Assembly: GCA_963819405.1 (NCBI GenBank)
Contig: CAWFWH010000016.1
Span: 92,431-156,430 of the forward strand
Origin: an uncultured Acidobacteriaceae bacterium
Lineage (GTDB): Bacteria > Acidobacteriota > Terriglobia > Bryobacterales > Bryobacteraceae
Length of the DNA: 64,000 bases
Direction: 5' to 3'
This document shows, in pieces, positions 31,221 to 39,012 of this stretch. Position 1 is the stretch's first letter; each line of letters opens with the position of its first letter. A model generated the notes under the pieces. That model worked only from the letters and a program-made list of their open reading frames with translations. It was not told where the DNA came from and did not search any database. The translations under genes and the position numbers were made by a program.

Positions 31221-32580
31221 ACTCGTCTGCGACGTTTTGCCACTCTCGTAAAGGGATCAGCTCTACCACAAAGCAGGAACCTACCGGTACGGGCTCACAC
31301 CTCAGGTCGCCAGAGATCGAGTGCGCAATAGCTCTTGAAATGTAAAGGCCCAGACCCTTCACACCGGTACCGCGATTGAATGGCTGGAATAATTCGTCCG
31401 GCGCGGCGACGCCAGGACCGGTATCCAGAAAGCGAACGATCACGGAACGGCCCTTCAACTCCGCCGAGATCGTTAACCGCTTTTGTCTCGATGCATTCAT
31501 GGCCTTGTTGCTGTTCTGGGCTAAATTCATAAAGATCTGCATCAGCCCCCGCTTCTCTCCCCACACGGGCGGCAAATCGGCAGCAATCTGCCAGTTGACA
31601 CGTATTTCGGATTCCTGGAACCAGGATTCGATAATGATGCGCAATTCCTCGAGCAGCGCACGCAGATCGACGCTGCCGTTCGATCCTTCGCCCGGCCGCA
31701 GCTCCGTGGAAGCAATTTTCGTCATCGCTCGCAGAAGGTTTCCAAGCGCCTCGAAATCGGCGTTCTCGCGTAGCTCGGGCACGCGCTCCAGATTGCCGTT
31801 CATCAGCGCGGCGGCCGCGCTCAGATTCCGTATCTCGTGCAACACCGCCCCCATCGCGATCTGTGAGGTTGTGACGGAAGAACGCACGGCCCCTCGCTCG
31901 TACTCCTGCAGCCGCTCGGACGCATCTATCATCACGGCCCCCAATCTCCTTCCCCCAGTAGTCTCGCAGATCGAAAAGCAGACATCCGCCATAAACATCG
32001 CACAACTCGGACGCCAGCCTCTACATTGCGTTATGTTGCGTATCATTTCGCCTTCCCGGTCGATCCTCAACGCACTGGTTAGGTCGGGTAAATAGGAGTC
32101 CAGGGCCTCCCCCTCTAAGCGCCGGTCCTCGACCCCAAACAGTTTATGGGCGGCCGGATTGGCCATTACTATTTTCCCTCGTCCATCTGCACTGAGAATC
32201 GCCGCGGGACTGTTTTCGAAAAATGCTTGCCACTCCTGTTGGCTTTTTCGTTTCGCTTGGAGCTGCGCTTCCTTAGAACGAAGATCCTCATGCAATTGGC
32301 GCATTCTAATCAGAAGAATTACTGATACAACGCCCAACACCATCTCCACCCGCGGCACCCACGGCACAAAACTGAAAACATCCGATAAGATCCAAGTGAG
32401 TACGCCAACGACGGCCAGGTACCACGCACTTAGGCAACACGCCGTCACGACAATAGGGATCAGGCATAAAGAGGTGCGCCAGCCGTCCGGCCACTCCGTC
32501 AGCGCAACGATTAGGAGGAGAATGGCGCCTGTCGTAATAGCCGCGACGCCATTTTCTTGAAATTGCCTAAAGCGGCGCAT
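31183..32580 (-). CDS. Membrane sensor histidine kinase (TM - PAS - HisKA - HATPase_c)
   Basis: N-terminal TM helices, then a PAS-like region (FENSPAAILSADGRGKIVMANPAAHKLFG). The H-box reads LHEIRNLSAA. ATPase motifs are NLAQNSNKAM, DTGPGV and GLGLYISRAI. It overlaps the downstream LuxR regulator start by 38 nt. Confidence 0.85.
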   Translation of the reverse strand: MRRFRQFQENGVAAITTGAILLLIVALTEWPDGWRTSLCLIPIVVTACCLSAWYLAVVGVLTWILSDVFSFVPWVPRVEMVLGVVSVILLIRMRQLHEDLRSKEAQLQAKRKSQQEWQAFFENSPAAILSADGRGKIVMANPAAHKLFGVEDRRLEGEALDSYLPDLTSALRIDREGEMIRNITQCRGWRPSCAMFMADVCFSICETTGGRRLGAVMIDASERLQEYERGAVRSSVTTSQIAMGAVLHEIRNLSAAAALMNGNLERVPELRENADFEALGNLLRAMTKIASTELRPGEGSNGSVDLRALLEELRIIIESWFQESEIRVNWQIAADLPPVWGEKRGLMQIFMNLAQNSNKAMNASRQKRLTISAELKGRSVIVRFLDTGPGVAAPDELFQPFNRGTGVKGLGLYISRAIAHSISGDLRCEPVPVGSCFVVELIPLREWQNVADEYGNATAHQNSSY

Positions 32581-32734
32581 TCAGATTTCTGTGAACGCAG
32601 TATACACTGGTCGGGATCAGAAACGGAGAGGGCATCGGAGACCTTAAGAATGTTAGACCCGCACACCCAGGCTGACACTAGTGCAAATACGCAGTCCAGA
32701 AATAGCCAAAAGATAATTGGACCTCAGGTGAAAG

Positions 32735-32764
32735 CTGAATCACAATAGTTTCTGAATCACAATA
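32735..32764 (+). promoter_or_regulatory. 13-bp perfect direct repeat in the divergent kinase/kinase intergenic region
   Basis: CTGAATCACAATA occurs at 32735-32747 and 32752-32764, a 17-bp period. It sits inside a 550-bp AT-richer non-coding region. Confidence 0.25.
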
Positions 32765-33011
32765 ATCTCTGTCCAACGAAAGTTTGGTGTGCGCTATTGG
32801 CGCCTGGAAGGGGGCGAGTATCAAGTGTATTTCGTCTCGCAGACAGATCCCCAATCATCATGGCAAAGGCTTTTCAAACTCCGGCGGAGCAGTACAAATT
32901 TTCTTGGCGATCAGCCACAGCTAACTTACTCTGCGTGCGACTACGCGTGCAGCAATAAATCCGAAAAAGTACCCTTAGTACCGAAATTTTTCCTATTGGC
33001 GAGTAAACGTC

Positions 33012-33039
33012 TTGACAATCCTTTGAACTGAGTTATTCT
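33012..33039 (+). promoter_or_regulatory. Candidate sigma-70 promoter for the REC-kinase/prsR operon
   Basis: TTGACA at 33012-33017, a 16-nt spacer, then TATTCT at 33034-33039. It lies about 95 nt upstream of the GTG at 33134. Confidence 0.3.
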
Positions 33040-33133
33040 TACAACCAAACCCCAACTGAAAAGACTAGAGCTCGTCGCGGACAGAGTAAAGTTTTTCCAG
33101 AGCGTCGCGACTTAGATTCGGAGGAATAGGTGT

Positions 33134-34381
33134 GTGAAGCTGCAACTCGTATCGGAGGATGATTCACTTCTGGCGCTTTGCCGGGAGATTGCCAGAGAGT
33201 TTCCCGCGATTACCTGGAACCTGAAAGCAGGATCAGATTGTTCGTGGGGCTCGGATGTGGACATTTGCCTTTGGGATTATCGACCGGGTCTCTTCATTCC
33301 TGAAAACGCGCGCTGGGCCACCAGATGTTTCGTCCTGGTGGCATCTCGCGATATCGAGGCGTTTCGTGCGGCTCACCCCTACGCGGAGGCCGGAATTGTC
33401 CTGAAGCCCGTCACCCGTGCTGTAGTGCGTGCGCTAATGGCACAAACCATTGCGAGTACAACTCAACGCGCCCCATCTGAGAACGATTCGATTCGATCTG
33501 ACCGGGATGACATCCTTCAGTGCCTGATGGAGGCTAATCTGCGGCTGCAGCAATACGATTCGGAGCGGACCAATTTTCTCGGACGCGCATTGCACGATTT
33601 CCATGCGCCGCTTACCGCGGTCAGCGGTTATTGCGGGCTGCTCGTGGAGGAAAAGATCGGATTGCTCGACGAACGCCAGAAACTGGTGATCAACCGTATG
33701 CACCACAGCGTGCGCCGGCTTTCGCGCATGAGCCGGGCGATGTTCCAGCTTAGTGTCGGACGTCACGTTGCTCTGAAACCGGCTCTCCGCGAGGGAGATG
33801 TCCGCGACTGTGCTGAGCAAGCTCTTTACGAGATTCAACAGCTTGCCCAGGAGAAGGAGCTTCAACTTGATGTTGATCTCGAGCCTTCCGGCGCGACCTT
33901 ATTACTTGACTCGGGCCAGATCGAGCAGGTGATGATCAATCTGCTTGAAAACGCGTGTAAGTTCAGCCCCCGCTCCGGGTCAATTGCCGTTAAAGGATAT
34001 TCTTGCTTTTGCGACCGTCGAGCAACGAATGTTTTCTGTCCTGCCGAATCTGACCGCCGTGTGCAGCAAGTGAGGACGCCCAATGCGTATCGAATCGATA
34101 TAGAAGATTCGGGGCCGGGCATCTCTCCAGAACACCTGAAATCGATTTTTGAGGAATACGTGTCGTACTCAGGCGGACTGGACCGCTCGAGAGGAGGTCT
34201 CGGCCTGGCGATCTGCCGCATGATTCTGAATCAGCATGAGGGTCGGATTTGGGCCGAAAATAGCCGGTCAGGCGCAGTGTTCTCATTTGTCCTCCCGCAC
34301 CGTTCCGCCGATGGCGTCCACCAACCCGCCGAAATCACTTATGATGCTACTCGAACTGAATTGTCTACGGCGTGCGTATGA
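33134..34381 (+). CDS. Soluble hybrid histidine kinase (N-terminal receiver-like domain - HisKA - HATPase_c) in the PrsK position
   Basis: GTG start with no TM segments. The REC-like fold reads KLQLVSEDDS, DICLWDY, CFVLVASRD and AGIVLKPV. The H-box reads FLGRALHDFHAPLTAV. ATPase motifs are NLLENACKFS, DSGPGISPEHL and GGLGLAICR. Its stop overlaps the prsR ATG (ATGA). Confidence 0.85.
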   Translation: MKLQLVSEDDSLLALCREIAREFPAITWNLKAGSDCSWGSDVDICLWDYRPGLFIPENARWATRCFVLVASRDIEAFRAAHPYAEAGIVLKPVTRAVVRALMAQTIASTTQRAPSENDSIRSDRDDILQCLMEANLRLQQYDSERTNFLGRALHDFHAPLTAVSGYCGLLVEEKIGLLDERQKLVINRMHHSVRRLSRMSRAMFQLSVGRHVALKPALREGDVRDCAEQALYEIQQLAQEKELQLDVDLEPSGATLLLDSGQIEQVMINLLENACKFSPRSGSIAVKGYSCFCDRRATNVFCPAESDRRVQQVRTPNAYRIDIEDSGPGISPEHLKSIFEEYVSYSGGLDRSRGGLGLAICRMILNQHEGRIWAENSRSGAVFSFVLPHRSADGVHQPAEITYDATRTELSTACV

Positions 34382-35827
34382 TCACAACAAAAAAAACCAT
34401 TTTGATCGGAGAGGATGATTCCGAAGTTCGCGGTTATCTCGAGATGGCCACTGAAATGCATGGGGTACGAAGTCGTACTGGCCCAGGATGGAGAGGAGGT
34501 CTTAAGCTACCTTCAGCAAAACGACGCTGTACACGCGGTGCTGCTGGACATCATCATGCCCCGAAAGGACGGCATTGAGACGCTTCGCGAAATCCGAAAA
34601 TTAAATTGCTCGCTGCCGGTAATCATGGTTTCTGACGCGTCATCGACGATGAATGTGGTGCAGGCGATGAAGATCGGAGCTACAGATTTCCTGTCGAAGC
34701 CTGTAACTCATGAAGAGCTTCGAGCGGCTATCCAAAAAGCAATGGAGCTTATGCCTCAACCTCCATCATTGGAAGAAAAGAGCGAAGCCGCAGGTAATTC
34801 GGGAAAGCTGTTCTTCGGTACAAACCGGCGGATGTACGACATTCGTCAGACTTTGAAGGATGTAGCTCACTCGGAAGCCCCGGTCTTGATCCGTGGCGAG
34901 ACCGGAGTCGGCAAAGAAGTCATCGCACGAGAACTGCACGCCCTTTCCTTGCGCTCCCGGAAGTCGTTCCTGAAGCTGAATTGCGCGGCTCTACCATCGG
35001 AGCTGGTCGAAAGCGAGCTGTTCGGATACGAGCGTGGTGCGTTCACCGGTGCATTCCAGAAGAAGCCCGGTATGTTCGAACTCGCTGATGGAGGAACAAT
35101 TCTCCTCGACGAAATAGGTGACATGGATTTTAAGCTGCAGGCAAAGCTCCTTCAAGTTCTGCAGGATCATGAATTTCAGCGCATCGGCGGGAAGGAAACA
35201 ATCCGTGTGGACGTTCGCGTAATGGCAGCGACACACCGGGACCTGGAACACGCAATTGCAAACCGTCAGTTCCGCGAGGATTTGTATTATCGCCTGAATG
35301 TAATCGCCATCGAACTTCCGGCATTGCGGGAACGCAAAGAGGATGTCATTCCCATGGCAGGGTTCCTCATCCGTAAGAACTGTCCTTCTTCTTCGCCTAC
35401 GCTAACGCCGGCCATGAAGCAGGCGTTCGCAGACTATAGCTGGCCAGGAAACATCCGTGAATTAGAGAACGTCGTGCGGCGGTTCATCATTCTGCGGGAC
35501 GCGGAAGGCATCGTCCGGGAATTAAGGGCGAAAATGGCACGGAAAGACCTCGGGCGGCCACACGTCGCGACTTCCGAGGACACCTCCGACAGTTCTCCAA
35601 TACTTGCCCAGGTGACCAAGGCAAAGCACGAAGCTGAAACCACGGCCATACTTGGAGCACTCAGTAGCACTCGATGGAACCGTAAGCAAGCTGCGACACT
35701 CCTGAAGATCGATTACAAAGCGCTCCTTTATAAGATGAAGAAGTTGGGAATCGACGACGATAATGTTAGGTTATCGACTGACTTACCTAAGCCCAACGGA
35801 TCGGCTCTCGTGGCTTCCGGAGATTGA
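34378..35827 (+). pseudogene. prsR: PrsR-like sigma-54-dependent response regulator (REC - AAA+ - Fis HTH) with a 1-nt frame break near 34450
   Basis: MITTKKTILIGEDDSEVRGYLEMA is in frame 34372-34578. The rest of the receiver (LKCMGYEVVLAQDGEE...LLDIIMPRKDG), the AAA+ domain ([28 protein letters not shown]) and the HTH (RWNRKQAATLLKIDYKALLYKMKKLGI) are in frame 34415-35827. Confidence 0.85.
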
Positions 35828-35908
35828 TACTGGCGAGCGAACGCCGGTTCAAGCTCTGAGGGAATAAATGTCCCGTTCGGGCGGGCTGCGTCGCGCTCAT
35901 CGCTCTTA

Positions 35909-37015
35909 ATGAAGAATCTGATGACGCAATCCCTAGAACTCTGCCGGGACGAAAACGTCTCAATCGATGACCGCTTGGCCTGTCCGCAGTGCGAATCACC
36001 TCTGCTGGAATTAGGCGAAGAACTGCTCTGTTCGGCTTGTCAACGCCGCTGGCCTATTATCAACGGGATTCCGCACTTCGTGACGACTTTCCCTTACTGG
36101 GGTGAGATTCCGCTTCAACAGATGCTGGAGGTGAACCGGCGCGCCGAAGCGGAACGCTGGGATTCGGCGTTAGCAGACTCGCAAGACCAAGCGGTTCGCC
36201 GGGCGTCCGAAATGATCTTAAATCTTGAAAGGGCGAATTGGCAGTGGCTGTTGGATCTTCCTTCCGCAAGCCGGGTGCTGGACATCGGATCCGGGATGGG
36301 CACCAATTCGCATGCCCTCGCGCTGCATTACCGTCACGTGGTGGCACTCGAGCCAGTTCTGGAGCGAGTGAAATTCATGCAGCAACGATTCCTCCAGGAG
36401 AAACTTTCAAACGTTGCGATAGTCCGGAGCTCGATTTGGGCGCTTCCATTCGCTCCGCAAAGCTTTGATCTGATAGCAATGAACGGGGTGCTCGAATGGG
36501 TCGCAGAAGGCCGGACGGAAGATCCACGCGCTTTGCAGGAACTCGCTCTTCGGAAAGCCTTTCGCCTTCTGAAACCTGGCGGTTATCTTTATCTGGGAAT
36601 CGAGAACCGTTTCGTCCCTGGGTACTTTGTCGGTTATCCGGATCCTCATTGCGGATTACCCTTTGTGACGGTGCTGCCGCGGCCTGTTGCGCAGTGGTAC
36701 GCCAGGCGAAAGGGGCAAGGTGGATACCGGAATTATTTGTATTCGAGTAGAGGGTATCGCAAGCTTCTAAAGGGGGCGGGCTTCGACAGTGCGGAGGTTT
36801 ACGCAGCCCTGCCGAGCTACAACCATCCCCGATTTCTAGTTCCCCTGAGGGGGAACGTGTTTTCGCATTATTGGCAGAACTTTGGCTCAGGCCAAGGTCG
36901 TGGTATCCGGGGACTGCTCCAGCACGCGCTCCTCAAAACAGGGGTGCTGAAATATCTCGAGTATTCCTATGCGATCCTCGCCCGCAAAGGGTATGACTGC
37001 ACCGATGATAAGTGA
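35909..37015 (+). CDS. Class I SAM-dependent methyltransferase with N-terminal Trm112-like zinc ribbon
   Basis: CPQCESPLLELGEELLCSACQRRWPIINGIPHF is a 4-Cys ribbon. SAM motif I reads VLDIGSGMGTNSHAL, with LKPGGYLYL following. Confidence 0.8.
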   Translation: MKNLMTQSLELCRDENVSIDDRLACPQCESPLLELGEELLCSACQRRWPIINGIPHFVTTFPYWGEIPLQQMLEVNRRAEAERWDSALADSQDQAVRRASEMILNLERANWQWLLDLPSASRVLDIGSGMGTNSHALALHYRHVVALEPVLERVKFMQQRFLQEKLSNVAIVRSSIWALPFAPQSFDLIAMNGVLEWVAEGRTEDPRALQELALRKAFRLLKPGGYLYLGIENRFVPGYFVGYPDPHCGLPFVTVLPRPVAQWYARRKGQGGYRNYLYSSRGYRKLLKGAGFDSAEVYAALPSYNHPRFLVPLRGNVFSHYWQNFGSGQGRGIRGLLQHALLKTGVLKYLEYSYAILARKGYDCTDDK

Positions 37016-37979
37016 ACTAACGAGCTTCCTGCTGACAAGAAGCGGGGAATGGAAATTTCCGCCAGGCGGCGAATGGAAGTTTCTATTCCATAACAATTAC
37101 CAGCCGCACTACAGCGGAATCAATCTGTTATGGTTTCGGGATCGCGATGAGTTCCCGCGGGTGGTAACAAAAGTTTGCCGCGACCCTGGCATTTTGCAGA
37201 AAGAATATGAAAACCTGAATCAGCTCCATGCAGACATTCCCGGTTGCACGCCGCGACCTTTGCACTTTGGGCAGTTATCGGGATTTTGGACGTTATGGAT
37301 GAGCGGCGTTCCTGGCCGGCGGTTTCAAGTGCGCGCGGAGTATTCGCCAGATACTCTGCGCTCCATCACCGAGACGGTGATTTCTATTCATGCCGCAACT
37401 CGGAGGCAGGCTGCCGTCGACGACAATCGCCTCGAGCGCATGGTTTCGCAGCCTCTGGATACGCTCTTTCATTTCGGCAAATCGCTGGCAGTCCAGAATG
37501 GCTGTCAGGCGCTTGCCGAAAAAATTTCGAGCGATTGGATCAAATCCCTTCCCGTTATTCCCCAGCACGGAGATCTCTACCTAGGTAATCTCCTGGCAAA
37601 CCGAGGGCGCTGGCACGTTGTGGACTGGGAGAGCTTCGGGGTAATTGACTTGCCGCTTTACGATCTTTTTACGTTCTGTTTTTCACTGTTACAAATAGGC
37701 GCAAACACCCCAGAGACATGGAGGCCTTCGATTGCGGCGGAAGTCCCCGCTCTGGTCTTCCGCTACTCACAGGAATTTAGTCTGGCCCATGAAGATCTTA
37801 AATTGCTGCTGCCGTTAACCCTGGTGAACTGGTTCCACCTACAGTGGATGGATGGTCGCGAGGAGTTCTCGACCCGCATGTACAGGGTTATTGAACACTA
37901 CTTCCAGAATTCAAGCAGCTGGGACAGGCTCGTTGACGTGAGCAGCGAGAAGACGGGAGAACGGCAGAGGGTGGCCTGA
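37005..37979 (+). CDS. Aminoglycoside-phosphotransferase-fold (APH/choline-kinase-like) kinase family protein
   Basis: The Brenner-type motif VIPQHGDLYLGNLL is followed by HVVDWESFG. The ATG overlaps the end of the methyltransferase gene by 11 nt. Substrate is unknown. Confidence 0.7.
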   Translation: MISELTSFLLTRSGEWKFPPGGEWKFLFHNNYQPHYSGINLLWFRDRDEFPRVVTKVCRDPGILQKEYENLNQLHADIPGCTPRPLHFGQLSGFWTLWMSGVPGRRFQVRAEYSPDTLRSITETVISIHAATRRQAAVDDNRLERMVSQPLDTLFHFGKSLAVQNGCQALAEKISSDWIKSLPVIPQHGDLYLGNLLANRGRWHVVDWESFGVIDLPLYDLFTFCFSLLQIGANTPETWRPSIAAEVPALVFRYSQEFSLAHEDLKLLLPLTLVNWFHLQWMDGREEFSTRMYRVIEHYFQNSSSWDRLVDVSSEKTGERQRVA

Positions 37980-38141
37980 TCACATCGATCGATCAATTGC
38001 GCCATTGGTCCTGGGACTACTAGATCTAACCCTTAGATGACAAAGGGGTTACCTGTCGAATGTTCTTCTTAATTTCCAACATTGTTTGCAGTCACAGCTT
38101 CGAGCACTGCCTAAGTACATGCAAACAAGCAATTGATTTTG

Positions 38142-38156
38142 TGGCCCTTAACTTGC
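38142..38156 (+). promoter_or_regulatory. Candidate sigma-54 -24/-12 element immediately upstream of the PEP-CTERM gene 38170
   Basis: TGGCCC-TTAAC-TTGC has exact consensus spacing. The GC lies only 14 nt before the ATG, which implies a near-leaderless transcript. Confidence 0.35.
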
Positions 38157-38169
38157 CGCTAGCGAAGCC

Positions 38170-39012
38170 ATGTTAAGTCTGCGATGCAGTCTATGTATTG
38201 CCGTGGTAACCGGAGTGTTCGCTGGTGTCGCTTTTGCCGACCCTCAGCCCCTGCCGGGCTCTGTGCTGAATAGCAGCGGTTTCCAGTTGCATACGTCCGT
38301 TAATATGCCGTCCGGGAATCCTACGTATCCGGTGAGCTTTAGTTTCGGCTCGGGCGGAGGGTTTACGGCTACAATCGATGGCACCAATACAGCGATGTGG
38401 TGCGTGGATGCCGAGGAGGATGTCTCGCCTCCCGTCCTGTACAACGCAGATCTGGTACAGGTGTCGACCATCGCAACTAATTCGAGCTATGTGCGCTACG
38501 GCAATGTCAGCGGCAGCGGTTGGCAAATGAATCTTACCGGCGACAATACTGCTCAACAGCGGTTCGAGATGGCTGCCTACCTTGTCAGCCAGTATCCGGG
38601 GGTTCCGGCCGGGCCCAATCCGTCGAACACGGCGGGGGACAAGGAGATTCAGACCGCGATTTGGGAAATCATGTGGAACACCAGCGTGACACCGCAAGGC
38701 GGGATCACGTACAACAGTATTCTAAACGACGGCACGAACTCGAGTAACGTTGCCACCGACATCGCTAATGCGCAGGCATTCGTCAACAATACCGCGAACG
38801 CATCCTTCTTCAATAATTACGCTGTTGTGAGCGGAGGCGCAAATCCCAATGGCAGCCTCATATCGCCAGGAATCCAAACCTACATCGTTCAATTGGACAC
38901 TCCTGCGGCCGTTCCGGAGCCCACGTCTGTCATCTTGCTTGGATCTCTGATCGCGGGCGTATTCGCCGTGACCCGCCGGGCTCGCGCGAAGCGGGCTCGC
39001 GAAATGTGCTGA
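38170..39012 (+). CDS. PEP-CTERM domain secreted protein (intact)
   Basis: The signal peptide is MLSLRCSLCIAVVTGVFAGVAFA. The C-terminus AVPEPTSVILLGSLIAGVFAVTRRARAKRAREMC is a canonical PEP motif + TM helix + basic cluster. Confidence 0.9.
   Translation: MLSLRCSLCIAVVTGVFAGVAFADPQPLPGSVLNSSGFQLHTSVNMPSGNPTYPVSFSFGSGGGFTATIDGTNTAMWCVDAEEDVSPPVLYNADLVQVSTIATNSSYVRYGNVSGSGWQMNLTGDNTAQQRFEMAAYLVSQYPGVPAGPNPSNTAGDKEIQTAIWEIMWNTSVTPQGGITYNSILNDGTNSSNVATDIANAQAFVNNTANASFFNNYAVVSGGANPNGSLISPGIQTYIVQLDTPAAVPEPTSVILLGSLIAGVFAVTRRARAKRAREMC

Noticed and set aside
31295-32095. ORFs 31295-32005(-) and 31376-32095(+), 236-239 aa
   Set aside because: Both are nested in alternative frames or antisense within the histidine kinase gene (31183-32580). 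That gene has unambiguous H-box and ATPase motifs.
32789-33031. 80-aa plus-strand ORF in the kinase/kinase intergenic region
   Set aside because: It lies in an AT-richer region with atypical composition and has no Shine-Dalgarno or motif. It overlaps the candidate promoter of the downstream operon, so it is most likely non-coding.
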